A stretch of DNA of 64,000 nt from Eledone cirrhosa (taxonomy: Eukaryota), in NCBI GenBank assembly GCA_964016885.1, contig OZ024761.1:14880001-14944000 (forward strand), read 5' to 3'. The position numbers and the translations under genes were made by a program. Of the stretch, positions 40,890 through 55,626 are shown piece by piece. The notes beneath the pieces were generated by a model. It saw only the letters and a list, made by a program, of their open reading frames with translations. It ran no database searches and was not told the DNA's origin. The first letter of the stretch is position 1. Every line of letters starts with the position of its first letter.

Positions 40890-41565
40890 CAACAGCACAC
40901 CACATTGCTCCCAAGTAAACGGGACAGGGCGCAGCCAAGGTCAAGCATCGCATAGGTGCTGCCAGTTCCGCTTTTGGGCGCCTCCAGCGGTGTCTGTGGC
41001 ACAGAAGAGAGATCACCTCGGCAACCAAAGGGAGAATCTACCAGGCCGTCGTTCACACTATCCTCCTCTATGGCTGTGAAACATGGCCTATGTGGGTAGT
41101 CGATCAACAGGGGCTGGAGGTCTTCGACAATGACTGTCTCCGCCGCATTCTTCGCTGCCGACGCGTTGATCGGGTACCTACCACCAGTCTTCATCTTCGC
41201 CTGAATCTTCGACCCCTTCCTTCAGTGCTTCTGCAACGGCGCTTGAGATGGTTTGGTCACGCAGCCCGGCGCCCTGAGGGTGAGCTGATCCGCGATGTTC
41301 TCCTCCCACCTCCATTCCCTAACTGGTGCAAGCGCGTTGGCGGGCAGCTGAAGACCTGGGCAACGACGATCAAGGAGGACCTCTCCGAACTCTCAGGTCC
41401 GCAGGTGGTTGGCCTGCACCGATAGAACCGTGACTGGCTCGCTATCTCCAGTGACCTAGCCTGGGACCACCGTGCATGGGCTGCCATGGTTCGGGATGCC
41501 GTCAGGACAAGGGAAGAAGCCGGCTCAACCCGTCCAGGGTGAATGTCGACACAAGTACAAGTACA
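40890..41565 (+). mobile_element. RTE-like LINE 3' fragment
   Basis: LLYGCETW, LRRILRC, RRLRWFGHAARRP, GGQLKTW. GC-rich. Ends in caagta repeats. Confidence 0.8.
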
Positions 41566-41654
41566 TTGCCCGATCCAAGAATTGAACCCTGGCCTTCTGA
41601 TTGGCAATCCAACACCCTAACCATATATATCAAACCAACAACTTCATAATTGTC

Positions 41655-42160
41655 TGTCCAACACCCTTACCACTGAGCCATAAACCACCCAGCCTGGGCA
41701 TGAAGCCCACAACTTTGCAATTGTTTGTCCCACACCCTTACCACTAGGCCACACACCACCCTGCCCGTCTACCAAACCAACATCCTTACCACTGGGTCAC
41801 ACACCACCCTGCCCGTCTACCAAACCAACACCCTTACCACTGGGTCACACACCACCCTGCCAGTCTATCAAACCCACAACCTCACCATTGTTAGACCAAC
41901 ATCCTTACCACTAGGCCACACACCACCCTGCCAGTCTACCAAACCAACACCCTTACCACTGGGTCACACACCACCCTGCCAGTCTATCAAACCCACAACC
42001 TCACCATTGTTAGACCAACATCCTTACCACTAGGCCACACACCACCCTGCCCGTCTACCAAACCAACACCCTTACCACTGGGTCACACACCACCCTGCCA
42101 GTCTATCAAACCCACAACCTCACCAGTGTTAGACCAACATCCTTACCACTAGGCCACACA
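41655..42160. repeat. Compound tandem repeat (caacacccttaccactgggtcacacaccaccctgcc)
   Basis: Direct reading. Appears derived from an adjacent SINE head on the minus strand. Confidence 0.8.
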
Positions 42161-43964
42161 TCTTTAGACAGGGAATAAGTTAACAAGTGTCTGAAAAGTT
42201 TGCGATTTTCTTTTCATTTCTGAGACTTAAAAAAAATGTTGGCAATTATTTCCATCAATCAATTTATTTTCCCCCCAGAAATAGTTTTGGCAGTGGTAGT
42301 TAGGGTGGGCTGGTGAGTAGCTGGGTGGATGGGGTGTTGTTGTGTAGCTAGGGTCGGTGGGTAGCTGGATGGTTGGGGGGGGGGGGGGGTTGAATGTTGT
42401 AGCTTAGCTGATAGGAAGCAGAACTGCAGAACTACAAATTTTTAGCTAGCTGGTAGTAGTGAAGAATTTATTCTATATCATTACACAACTAAGAGGTAAT
42501 TAACGTTTCTTCAAAGAGGAAGGTGGGGAATGGAACATGGTGGGATGTAAAAGCTTAATGGCTAAAAATAGTACCACCACCACCCCTTCTTGATTCTGGA
42601 GAATTAACCATTTTTATGCTAACCCACCTGAAACTTCCCTAGATTCTATGATAGAAACCTGTTTGTTCTAATGTGTTTATATCTGTCTATAAACCTTTCA
42701 TCATGGTTTTATATAAGAACCTTTAAGTTATGTTCCAAATGCCAGCATAATTTTGAAAGAAAGTTAGTTGTATTACTGAATTCCTCCAAATTCTTGTTTA
42801 TTTTCAAAATTATTTGAAAGACTTTGGCAGTGTATTTCATCAGAAATATACTAACAAAAAAGTTAGTGTTTATATTTATTTAAACAACTTACATTACTCA
42901 ATGATCAGAATCGACAAGATCCCAGACCTCATTTGCTTACCAAGTGAGGTGGTGGAACTCGTCATCGGACCAAGGAAACAATGTTTCCATTGGTCTTTCC
43001 AATTGCTGCTACTATCTACCAGTTGCAACTCCTAGCAGAAAGAGCAACGTAAAATAAAGTGTCTTGCTCTCGGACATAACCCATCTCCTGGTCCAGGACT
43101 CAAACTTGCAACCTTACGATTGTGAATCCAACACTCTAACCACTAAACTATATGCCTTCACTATTACTAAATTTGCTACATTACTAAATCCCCCCCAAAT
43201 TAAGTGTTTTAGATTTACCTAAAAGTTTACCTTACAATCATAATTCTATGTTAGAACAATTGTAAAGTTTTGTTCTAAGCACCAGTTTGATTTCAAATTT
43301 TTGATTACTTTCAAAATTATTCAAAAATCATAGGCTGTGAGTGTATTTCATCAGAAATATGGTAACAAAAGGGTTAACCCTGTAGCATTTACATTACTCT
43401 ATATGTACTATTGTATTTTTGTGGTAAAGGCTTTATCTTATATAATTATCTCACATGATATCGAATCTATGAGATATTGGTGTTATTTATTTTGAGAACA
43501 ATACTTTAATGTCAGTATAAGTGGCCAGTTACGGCCAGTTTGAACAGGAAAAGGTGAGAGAATTCAGTCCGGATAAAGTCGGTTTAAATGCTAAAAGGTT
43601 AAAGTGTTTATATTTATCTAAAAACCTTCTGTCATTCTTATGTAAGAACCTTTGCTAAGTGTATTTCATCAGAAATATGGTAACAAAAGGATTAAAAGTT
43701 TATATTTATCTAAAAACCTTCCATCGTTCTTATATAAGAATCTTTGTTAAGTGTATTTCATCAGAAATATGGTAACGAAAGGGTTAAAGTGTTTATATTT
43801 ATGTAAAAACCTTCCTTCATTTTATGTAAGAACCTTTAAGTGTATTTCATCAGAAATATGGTGATGAAAGGTTTAAGCAAAACAAAACAAGGGCATGTGT
43901 AGGGTGTAAATAAGAAACAACATAACGTATAAAAGACTTATGGAACACAAAAACCTTGATCAGT

Positions 43965-44005
<41 letters not shown>

Positions 44006-45028
44006 TGTATTTCCACCATAGTGTTGTTGGTATTATATACAAGTACAAATGAATGGGTGAGGAATTTGGTGGGTAACACAGGAATTTGGTGGCTTCCACA
44101 TGTTAGAAAGAGTCTGTCTGACTCAACAGTGGAAGGTGAAAATTGGAAAGAGTCCAACTGCATTATAATCAACACTACCACAACCACCACCACCATCATC
44201 ATATATTCATCATCATCATCTTGACCATCACTGCTGTTACCATCATCATTGCCATCACAACCACCACCACCACCATCATAACCTCCACCATCACCACCTT
44301 CACCATCACCACCACCACCACCATTACTATCATTATCGCTGTGGCCATCACCGCCATCATGACCATCATCATCATTGTCTCCATTATCACCACCACCTCC
44401 ATCATTACCACCACCTCCATCATTACCACCACCTCCATCATTACCATCATCATCATCATCATATCTATGTCAGTTAATAAGAAGAGCAAGGGCAGTGCTT
44501 GTGACCTTTCTCATAGCTTCTTTTTAGGTGCTTGGTGACTGGTGGGAGAAAGGGCAATATCTGTGACTGGGGATAGGAGGAAAAATGTCTCTGACCCTTT
44601 TTGAGGGCCTTTCTGACTGGTGGTAAAAAGGCAATGTCTGTGGCTCTTTTTAGGGCCTCCTTAGTAGATGGTATGAAGGCCATGATTTTGACCCCCTTTT
44701 CAAAACCTTTGTAACTAGTGGGAGGAAAGGCAGTGTTTGTGACCCGTTTCTGGGCATCCGTGAGAGGAAGGGTAGAACCTGTAACCCTTTTTAGGGCCAC
44801 ATAGCAGATGGTAAGATGGGTAGTGTTTGTGATCCTTATTCAGGGCCTTTGTTACTGACAGGAAGTATGGCAACACTTGTGAACCTTTTTCAAAGCCAGC
44901 ACAACTATTGGGAAGGGTGGCTATGTCTGTGATCCCTTTTCAGGGCTTTCATAGTGGTGGGATGAATGGTGGTGCCTGAAACATGCATGTACACACACAA
45001 ACATATACATCCCATACACACACATATA

Positions 45029-45556
45029 CAGTTGTCCCCCGGTATACACGGGGTTACGTTCCCAGAGCATCCACGAAGAGTGAAAAACCACGAATATTAG
45101 ACATGGTCCATAAAATTGCTTATAAACATCAAAATATAACATAAAATATAATAAAAGAAGAGGGAGCGTCCAATAGGACGACAAATAGGGGATATTGTTA
45201 TTAATAATTTAATTGTTTCTACTTTAGGCACAAGGCCAGCAATTACCCAGAGTGCATTACTCGTACTTTATTTTATCGACCCCGTAAGGATGAAAGGCAA
45301 AGTCAACCTCGGCGGGATTTGAACTCAGATCGTAAAGGGACGTAACTCTATGCTCCAATGCATGGCGTCCGACCCTCTACCGATACTGCCAATCCAGTTT
45401 AATGTTAACAATATATATATTGCCACGGAAAAAACATTTTAAAAATTGCGGAAGATATTTACGATTCCACGAATATACAGTGGTTTCCACAAACAATTAT
45501 TAGTTAGGTTCTAAGGAAAATTTCATGAATAACCAGGACTGTGAATGCCAGAGGTA

Positions 45557-45560
<4 letters not shown>
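45029..45560. mobile_element. TA-flanked pogo/Tigger-like MITE relic
   Basis: ta|cagttgtcccccggtatacacg ... gtgaatgccagaggtacact|a, degenerate TIRs. A similar left end is at ~4005-4095. Confidence 0.5.
45208..45396 (-). mobile_element. SINE family A nested in a TA-flanked MITE
   Basis: Family match. Confidence 0.8.
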
Positions 45561-45617
<57 letters not shown>

Positions 45618-45620
<3 letters not shown>

Positions 45621-46509
45621 GGTGCGGACGATATCTGTTCGCAAGATTACTGTCTAGGAAAAAAGAACACAGTAGTTTTATTTTTTAAGATTTATTTATC
45701 AAACTTGGGTCAGTTTGTCTTCATGACTTGTTCTTTCGATCTCACTTGATTAACCCGCCATTGGCTTTGATGATGGCCTCAAGGCAGCCTCGGAACCGGC
45801 TACAGGCCTTCGTCACTGTCCCCCGACTTAGGCCCCTGAAGGCACTTGTGACCCTGGCCTTCAGATCGTCTTTCGTATTGCAGCTAGATCTGTTGGTGTC
45901 TCGTTCCACTGCGCCCCACACAAAGAAGTCGAGAGGGTTGCAGTCAGGCGAGCTGGGAGGCTAGATGTCAGGTGAAGTGTGGTCGACGAAGTTCTCTGAC
46001 AGCCAGGCTTGAGTCTTTCGGCTGGTATGGCAGGGTGCTGAATCTTGCTGCCACATGTACGGCCTACCTGCAGCTACCTGGTTGATCCAGGGCTTTACTA
46101 CCTCGCTCAGAACGTGGATGTAGCCATCGGTGTTCAGCTTGAGGCCCCCAGGGAAGAAGTGAGGTGGCATGACGTCACGTTGACTGCTGACGACACCTAA
46201 GACCAATGTTGTCGCTGGAAACTTTGTCTGCATGACTCTGGGCATGTCTTTGGATGAGACAGCGAGCCACCTGTTGTTCTGGGAGTTGATCTTCTGGTCT
46301 TATTTGTCTTCCCGGCGCGGATTCCAAGAAGAACTCTGTGTCTCTCCACAAATTTGGAGGTTCAAAATTATTCATACTCAATTATTCTGAAAATAAATAA
46401 TGGAAATATAGTCACTGTTTTTATGAAGACAAGAGTGACAACGGAAGTAAAAAAAAATTTGCATAAAATTAGCAGTTGAAAATTGGGAACAAATATCGTC
46501 CGCACCCTG
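45618..46509 (-). mobile_element. Internally deleted Tc1/mariner transposon, DD37D (maT) type
   Basis: TIRs cagggtgcggacgatat.tgttc.caa, TA flanks. Minus-strand transposase relic WQQDSAPCH..*PPSSPDCNPLDFFVW with 37 residues between the two Asp. Confidence 0.88.
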
Positions 46510-46608
46510 TATATATATATATATATATATATACAGGGTGCGGACGATATTTGTTCCCAATTTTCAACTGCTAATTTTATGCAAATTTTTTTTTACTTCC
46601 GTTGTCAC

Positions 46609-46648
<40 letters not shown>

Positions 46649-46865
46649 TATATATATATATACATATACAGCTCTGTAATATACTTGTTAGTTTACATTG
46701 AGCTATTCTTATACTTGGATAATATTTAAAATTACCCACATTATTTATATGTCTGTGTGTGTAGATATATATATTGATACAATTATGTATATGGGTATAT
46801 CATCATCATCGTTTAACGTCTATCTTCCAGGCTAGCATGGGTCTAAGTATGGGTATATATATATA

Positions 46866-47215
46866 TCATCATCATCATCATTTCATTTTACGTCCGATTT
46901 TCCCTGCTTGCAAGGGTGGGACGGGAACTGATTCTGGCTTGATTTCTACAGCTGGATGCCCTTCCTAACACCAACCTCATTTACAGTGAGTGCTGGGTGC
47001 TTTTTTTCCGTGGCGCCTACATGTCCACTTTACAGTGGATTGATAGGGACCCCAGTCCACTTTACAGTGGATTGATAGGGACCCCAGTCCCTATCATCTC
47101 ATTTCTACAGCTGAGTAAACTGGAGCAATGTGAAATAAAGTGTCTTGCTCAGGGAAACAACACATCAGCTGGTGTGAGAATTGAACTCACAACCTTTCGA
47201 TTGCAAGGCCAATGC

Positions 47216-47220
<5 letters not shown>
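46866..47220 (-). mobile_element. SINE family B
   Basis: Family match with a small internal duplication. Confidence 0.8.
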
Positions 47221-47270
<50 letters not shown>

Positions 47271-47276
47271 CTCGAT

Positions 47277-47307
<31 letters not shown>

Positions 47308-48184
47308 TACCAAGTCATACTCGATTATATATATATATATATATAGTTTCAACCTTTCTGTATCTATCGTTATTGTGGTATATGTATAGCCAAGCCAATG
47401 TGAATAACCGGGACCATGAATGATTGGAGTACACTGTACATCCCATACACACCACACACATATACAGCCCACCCACGCACACATACACACCAGTGCTACA
47501 GCTGTGTTAGTTAGTGACTGTTGCTGTTATTGTTGTTCATATTACTGTTAACAATTAGAAATGAACCAGTGAAAAGACTCATTTTTTTGGAAAAAGTTTT
47601 TTGTATTCAATTAATGTTGTGTTGCTGCTGCTGCTGCTGCTGCTGTTGTTGTTGCAGTACAAGCTGTGTTTTATTTTGCTTTTATTTAAATGTAAATTGA
47701 CTCTGTGTGTATGTAAATTGTGTTAGTGTGTGTCTGTGTATTGTGTGTATATTGTGTTAGTGTGACTCTGTGTATTGGGTGTTTTTTTGTCGTGGCACCC
47801 ACACAAACACCTTACAGTGTGGACTGGGTGCTTTTATTTTGTCATGGCGCCGTAGTGACCTGCATCGTTTTACAGAGCACTTAAACCGGCCCTATCCAGC
47901 CAGAATTCTCTCACCTCTTCCTGTTCAAACCGACCATAACCGGCCACTCATACTGGCGTTAAGGTATTGTTCTCAAAATAAATAATATCGAAATCTCATA
48001 GATTCAATATTATGTGAGATAATTATGTAAGACAAAGCCTTTATCACAAAAATACAATAATAAATATAGAGTAATGTAAATGCTAAAGGGTTAAACCTGG
48101 GGAAACCCATCTCTTCTCCAGGCCTGAACACAGTCGATTCCTTCAAGAGAAGGAGAGAGAGGAAGTAAGAAAAAGATATAGAGA

Positions 48185-48347
48185 AAAAATCGACCCCCAG
48201 TACTGAACTGGTACTTTTTTTATCGACCTCACAAGGATGAAAGGCAAAGTTAATCTTGGTGGGATTTGAACCTAAAGTACAGACAGTAAGAACAAATACC
48301 TCAAAGCATTCTATTGGCTGTTCTAATGGCTCTGCCAATCCGTCACC
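48185..48347 (-). mobile_element. SINE family A, diverged copy
   Basis: ggatgaaaggcaaagt..ggatttgaac core. Confidence 0.65.
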
Positions 48348-48559
48348 TATTTGTTGTGTATAGATAGATGAATTATTAATAATTGGCTGCTTTATTTGTT
48401 AAGAACTATTCTAGTTCCATACAGCAATACTTTAGTCATTGTGTTTGTAGTGTGTTGGTACAAGCAGGGAGACAGCTTGTTGTAGGAGGAAACAGCAACA
48501 GCTTGGCCTTTACTATAGCAACAAACACACTCACAATCTCTCTCTCTATATATATATAT

Positions 48560-48830
48560 ATATCATCATCATCATCATCTTCGTTTAACGTCCATTTTCC
48601 ACGCTAGCATGGGTTAGACGGGAGTTGTCCCACTTGAGGCAAGGTTGGTCGGGTGACCGTGTCTCGCTCATATAGGACTATCTGGCAGGTTTTGTGCGGC
48701 TGGATGCCCTTCCTAACACCAACCACATTTACAGTGTGGAACTGGGAACCTTTTACTGTGTTACCTACACGGCCACATTACAGCGTGGACTGTGTGTTTT
48801 TTCTCGTGACACCTACACAATCTCGATCAT
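48560..48830 (-). mobile_element. SINE/LINE-tail family C (..acccatgctagcgtggaagatggacgttaaacgatgatg)
   Basis: Matches 50842-51091(+) and 56470-56746(+). Short tails occur at ~917, 3843, 18058, 23483, 26890 and 46800. Confidence 0.7.
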
Positions 48831-48945
48831 ATATCTATATTTATATATATTTATGTGTGTGTGTGTGTATATATATATGTGTGTATGTATATATGTGTGT
48901 GTGTATGTATGTGTAAGTTAACGAGGTATCGTTCAAGGCAATCAA

Positions 48946-49005
<60 letters not shown>

Positions 49006-49184
49006 TTTAGTACAGCATTGACGAAGCTTTAGAATACGGCCAAGCTAGCGTATATGCCTAATCGGTCTGTAGCTTGAGCACTCAGATGAGGAAAGACCCC
49101 AGAGTAATAACATTACGTTCAGACAGCTTAGCAAATCAGATATAGCGGTCGGCAGTCCTGCCGCATCACTAGAGCATCATCACA

Positions 49185-49336
49185 TGTCCGCTTTTCCCTA
49201 TTTGCAAGGGTGGGACGGGTCCTATTCAGCACAGCATCTCTCCACTTGTCATGGTCCTTCGTCATCTCCTCCGCGAGCTTCAGCGATCTGAGATCCGCTC
49301 TCACCACCTCTGCCCATGATTTTCGTGGTCTTCCTC
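49185..49336 (-). mobile_element. 3' end of the same RTE LINE family
   Basis: RGRPRKSWAEVVRADLRSLKL. A further copy lies at ~55050-55275(-). Confidence 0.75.
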
Positions 49337-49354
49337 TACTGTGACTTCCTTCCA

Positions 49355-49400
<46 letters not shown>

Positions 49401-49405
<5 letters not shown>

Positions 49406-49500
49406 AGAACGCAACTATCGTCCCAGGATGATATTTGTTTTTGAAATGCGCATAATAAAATATATGGAACTTTTTTAACCATCTTTTAATTTCTTCTTAT
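49401..49500 (+). ncRNA. Hammerhead motif 5'-truncated at the first core base, plus downstream tail
   Basis: (TA)n directly joined to TGATGA, stem II gaacgcaactatcgtcc/ggatgatatttgttttt, GAAA 49443, ATGCGCAT palindrome, AUA site. Same family as 55487-55629. Confidence 0.65.
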
Positions 49501-49511
49501 ATATATATATA

Positions 49512-50309
49512 CTAGCAGATGTACCCGACGTTGCTCGGGAAATGAATGACAGCCTGTTTGTCTGTATAAAGAGAGCCAGAGGTTGAGCAAAGAATTCAAA
49601 TGTAATTGTAAAAAAAAGTTTTAACAAAATGGGTGTACAGTGACATGATTGAGTGAAATAAACGGCAACATAAAAACAATTCATGGGGTAGCTTGAGTTA
49701 ATTGACGTGAATGATTGCAGGTCCGGCCTTGCTGTAGTAGGTATGAGTGAGGGGATAAAGATGGAATAGACGCACCAATGTCCTTCAGTAGACTAAACCC
49801 TATGCGTAAGATGGCACTGCCACTACCACGTTGACCATCCACTGGACATAGCAATATCATTCCTTGAAGCAACTATTCCCCCTCTACGCCTGAATACACG
49901 ATGAGAATGAACAAAAAGGTTAAGTTAATCAAAACGAAGATACTGTTGCCGAGAATGCTGCTGCACGATTTTCAGAGGCCATAGCGAGTCAAGCTGCTAG
50001 GTTAGGGGGCCATAGCGAGTCAAACTGCTAGGTACACAATTAGCCAATGAGAGGTCGCCTCAATAGCACGTGCAAAATCGGCCTAGTACTTCAAAAGTTA
50101 AAAGGAGCCTAGTATTTGTACACAGACAGATACACACACAAAATCGATTTTTCAGCCCCAAAACCTGCTCTGGCATATAAGCAACATGTGTGCCAAATTT
50201 GGTTGAAATCAGCCTAGTACTTCAAAAGTTAAAAGGAGCCTAGTATTTGTACACAGACAGACAGACAGACAGACACACACACAGACCGACTTGCTTTTAT
50301 ATATATAGA
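49512..50309 (-). mobile_element. Non-autonomous Helitron
   Basis: Minus strand starts A|TC and ends with hairpin cccgagcaacgtcggg followed by CTAG|T. Internal (CAGA)n and a tandem duplication. Confidence 0.8.
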
Positions 50310-50522
50310 TATATATGTTTAACCTGTTTAGCTTGCTTCGATTTTTCGGCTGTGGTGGCTAATAGCTTCATGACCGCCGTTTACAGTTTGTTTGGCTTCT
50401 ATAACGTATGTTAATTGCTCTGGTCTTCTTTTAGTCCATTGAGCTCTTGCCACATATCTCGAAAATTGCGTTTCGCTTTGTTTTTAACCACAGCCGAAAT
50501 GTGATCTCGCTGAAATTATATT

Positions 50523-50570
<48 letters not shown>

Positions 50571-51133
50571 TGTGTTTATGAGTGGGTGTGTAGCTATTGT
50601 AATAATTGTTTAGATTCTAGTGTGTCTGACTCTCTCTCAATGTCTCTGGACCGAGATCTTTGGCGCTACGCAGTAATACAGAAGACCCGCCTTGCCTAAG
50701 TACAAAGCGAGACCTACAGTCAGTAGGCACCTCTTAACCAAAATACACCCCAGTCCCACTACCCCTACCCCAACCGCCATCTACACCACCCCTTTTGATG
50801 TAAAGCTATGTTGGTACCACAACATCCAGTCCGAAATAAATGAGGTCGTGTAGGTGTCACAACAAAAAAAACACACAGTCCACGCTGTAATGTGGCCGTG
50901 TAGGTAACACAGTAAAAACTCCCAGTCCACACTGTAAACATGGTTGGTGTTAGGAAGGGCATCCAGCCGTAGAATACCTGCCAGACAGTCCTATACGAGC
51001 AGGACAACCAATCTTGCCTCAAGTGGGACAATTCTCGTCCAGACCCATGCAGGCATGGAAGATGGACGTTAAACGATGATGATGATGATGATATATATAT
51101 ATATAACTCAGTAAAGAGAGATCATACACACAC

Positions 51134-51165
<32 letters not shown>

Positions 51166-51327
51166 ATAAATCATAAGGGATACAAAGTCTGTGTTTCTTT
51201 GTGTCTATGAGTCTGTATGTGTGTGTGTGTGTGTGTGAGATCTAACCTATCTCCTCTCTAGTTAACTGTAGGATAAACTGCTTGTTTGTCATCAGCTCAA
51301 GTTTCATTTGTATGTATATCAAGTAAC

Positions 51328-51895
51328 TCATCACCGTCATCATCATCACCATCACCATCATTGTCATCATCATCACCATCATCGTCATCACCATCATCGT
51401 CATCATCATCACCATCATTGTCATCATCATCATCACCATCATCATCATCACCATCATTGTCATCATCATCACCATCATTATTGCCATCATCATCATCGTC
51501 ATCATCATTGTCATCATCATCATCATCATCATCATCACCATCATTGTCATCATCATCACCATCATCATCATTGTCATCATCATCATCACCATCATTATTG
51601 CCATCATCATCATCGTCATCATCATCATCACCATCATTATTGCCATCATCATCATCGTCATCATCATTGTCATCATCATCATCATCATCATCATCACCAT
51701 CATTGTCATCATCATCACCATCATCATCATCACCATCATTGTCATCATCATCATCACCATCATTATTGCCATCATCATCATCATCGTCATCATCATTGTC
51801 ATCATCATCATCATTGTCATCATTATCATCCTCATCATCATCAGTCTTGCCCACGATGATGATGATGATGATGATGATGATGATCGTCATCATCG
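51328..51895. repeat. (CAT)n compound microsatellite
   Basis: Direct reading. Confidence 0.95.
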
Positions 51896-52211
51896 ACAGG
51901 TCATTGCCATCACTGCCACTCCATGTCCTCCAATGTCACTAACATTATTTTTCTCTCTTCACATGATATATTTATTACATACAAGTTAACTGTTCTGTGT
52001 TCCATCTATTAAATATGTATGGAGACTGACACACAGACAGACAGAGAGATAAGTATTTCAGTGTTTTATCTATCTGTGTGTTCAGCTATTAATCTCAATA
52101 CAGATCATCTGGGTACATTAACACTACTTAACCCTTTCATTACCACATTTATCATGAAAAACACTGCTTGCTGTTTTCAAATAATTTGGAAGGATTTAGG
52201 AATATGAATAA

Positions 52212-52897
52212 CTTTCTCTGTTATTAAACTAGTGTTTGGAACATAACTTAACAAAGGCTTTAATTATAGAATTTATAGATAAATGTTATCTTTCGTATCA
52301 TCATCATCATCATAGATGTATATAATCTTAACATATTTCTCTGTTATTAAACTAGTGTTTGGAACATAACTTAACAAAGGCTTTAATTATAGAATTTATA
52401 GATAAATGTTATCTTTCGTATCATCATCATCATGATAGATGTATATAATCTTAACATATTTCTCTGTTATTAAACTAGTGTTTGGAACATAACTTAACAA
52501 AGGCTTTAATTATAGAATTTATAGATAAATGTTATCTTTCGTATCATCATCATCATGATAGATGTATATAATCTTAACATATTTCTCTGTTATTAAACTA
52601 GTGTTTGGAACATAACTTAACAAAGGCTTTAATTATAGAATTTATAGATAAATGTTATCTTTCGTATCATCATCATCATCATAGATGTATATAATCTTAA
52701 CATATTTCTCTGTTATTAAACTAGTGTTTGGAACATAACTTAACAAAGGCTTTAATTATAGAATTTATAGATAAATGTTATCTTTCGTATCATCATCATC
52801 ATCATAGATGTATATAATCTTAACATATTTCTCTGTTATTAAACTAGTGTTTGGAACATAACTTAACAAAGGCTTTAATTATAGAATTTATAGATAA
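52212..52897. repeat. 123-bp tandem repeat, ~5.5 copies, inside a TTAA-MITE relic
   Basis: ttctctgttattaaactag recurs at 52214, 52337 and 52460. Confidence 0.9.
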
Positions 52898-54077
52898 GTA
52901 TTATGTTAGATAAATATTTATTTCTACTTTTGGCACAAAGCCAGCGATTACCCCCAGTGCACCACTGGTACTTTATTTTATCGACCGCGTAAGGATGAAA
53001 GGCAAAGTTAACCTCGGCGGATTTATCTTAGATAAATATTATTGTATAGATATATATAATCTTAGCATATTTCTGATGAAATACTCGAAAAAATTATCAA
53101 GAATTTGGAAGGATTTGGTAATATAACTAATTTTCTCTGTATTAACCCTTTAGAATTTACATTACTCTATATTTACTAAATCTATGAGATTTTGATATTA
53201 TTTATTTTGAGAGCAATACCTAAAAATAAGTATTAGTGAACAGAAAGAGGTGAGAGAATTCTGGCTGGATATGGCTGGTTTAAATGCTAAAGGGTTAAAG
53301 TAGTATTTAACAGGAGGTAGGGATGATTGGGGAAACATACAAGTTCTAGCTTGCCCTAGGGTAGTATAGGTGTCTCAGGTGAAATACAGGGTGTTTGGTT
53401 TATAGCTGGTTTGGGTTCGGGGATGGCTTTGATTTTCTGAGGGTGTTTAGTTAATGGTGGAAGCACTGAACACTCGTAGTTGTATAGTGGTTAGAGAATT
53501 GGATTCCCAATCGTTAGGTTGTGAATTTGATTCCCAGACTGGGTGATGCGTTTTCATTTTCTGAGGGTGTTCAATTAAAGGTGAGGGCAATCGACACGCT
53601 TAGTTGTTTAGAGAATTTGATTTGCAATCGTGGGGTTGCAAGTTCGATTCCTGGACCAGGCGATGCATTATGACCTTGAACAAGACACTTTATTTCACAT
53701 TTCTTTCTGCCAGGAGTTGCGACCAGTAGATAGTATCAACAATTTGAAAGACTAATGAAAATATTGGTTTATTGGTCTGATTTGACTTTTACGAGTTCCA
53801 CCCTACTCTGTAAGCGAATGAGGTCTGGGATCTTGTTGATAGATTCTTTACACACACATAATATAATCCTGCCTCAATTAACACAAAGGCTGGCTGGTGG
53901 AAAAGAGGAAAGCATCATGAAATATAGCATGAATATATCTCTTTTCCTTTTCTTGCCATTTATGTGTGGAGAGTAAATCTCTAAAACAGAATAAACCCCT
54001 GTATTGTATTAGTGGCTTTTTCTCTATTTATAAACCTATATGTATGGGCATATGTATGTGTATGCATATATATATAG

Positions 54078-54127
<50 letters not shown>

Positions 54128-54269
54128 GTGTGTGTGTGTAATCTCCACACGTCAGCCTCTCTTAATCTAGGCAAAGAAAGTATGTGTTAACAGGTGTAGA
54201 GAGCAAGGCCTCACACAGATTAACACAGGCTTGGAAATACATTATTGTTTGTGTGTGTGTGTGTATTAT

Positions 54270-54301
<32 letters not shown>

Positions 54302-54729
54302 CTGTTTAAAGTCCATTTTTCCACGTCAGCATAGGTTATATATATATGTAAAAGTAATAACAAAATTAACAAAACAAATGGCACAGTACATGAAAGAAAT
54401 ATATTAATTTAATGCTTGAAATAGCAGGAAGAGAGTCTGAACGTTTTGGACACTAGTTCTATATCAGAAGACAGAGTTAGAAATAGAAGATAAATAAAAA
54501 GTAAAGAGTGATAAGAGGAAGGAATGGGGAAAATGAGAAAGAATTGGGGAGAAAAAAACACATGTGCGTATTCAGTCGGCCATCTTGATATACATATATA
54601 TATATTGTTATACTTGGGGAGGGTCATATTGTTGTAATAAAGATGCAGAAGCAAAAAAAAAATATATATGTATATATATATATACTTTTTGCTAGATTCT
54701 TGAAAAAGATATTGTTATAGTTTGAGAGA

Positions 54730-54919
54730 GTCATGCTGCCAATAAAAACACAACCACCAGTTGAGCTTCATTCTTGGTTAGCGGAAGAGAGCTTTGACAA
54801 TTAAATATGACAATTAAATAACCATCTGGTTACTAAACTAACCTAGGAATGGATTAGTTAACTGACTAATAATATAACTAAAGCTCAGTTGGCACATCTG
54901 TTTTTATTGGCAGCATGAC
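54730..54919. mobile_element. MITE-like element
   Basis: Perfect 21-bp inverted ends gtcatgctgccaataaaaaca/tgtttttattggcagcatgac. Confidence 0.65.
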
Positions 54920-55486
54920 CTGCCTAATTTATATATTATATTATATTATATTATATTATATATATATATAAGCCAAACCCACAGAGTTTGTGGTAGATCC
55001 TCTACTTCTACTAATATATATGTATAAGTTTATCCCAGGTTCGATCGGTTTTTCACTTTTTCACGCTTGCATGGGTTGGATGGCCCCTTCTCAGCATAAC
55101 ATCTCTCGCCTCTAGGTCTCAGTGATTTGAGGTCAGCTCTCATAACCTCTGCCCAAGTTTTTCTTGGTCTACCTCTACCACAGCTTCCTTTCACTGGCAT
55201 TGGACACTTCTTCACTCAAAGATCATTGTCCATGCACATCACATGTCCAAAACCAAAGCAGTCTTCTCTCCTGCACACACATATATAAATAGATGAATTA
55301 TTTTTATATGACTAGATCTATTTCAAACAAATGAAATAAATATGAGGAGAGTGGGCATTATGGCATTATTCATGACTCAAGATCATATATATATATATAT
55401 GTAGGAGGTGAGTTTTATTGTAGTACAATAAAGCAATGCAGATATCGGATAAGAAGCACTCTACAGTTTGTAGGACTGGAGTATAC

Positions 55487-55626
55487 ATAATATATAAGAA
55501 CAAAAGATGGTTAAAGGAGTTCCATGTATTTTATTATGCGCATTTCAAAAACAAATATCATTTGTTTTTGAAATGCGCATAATAAAATACATGGAACTCC
55601 TTTAACCATCTTTTGTTCTTATATAT

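Noticed and set aside
42830-43870. Repeated tcatcag (CTGATGA on the minus strand)
   Set aside because: Part of the TTAA-MITE end gtgtatttcatcagaaatatggtaacaaaagggttaa. No stem II/GAAA/stem III arrangement.
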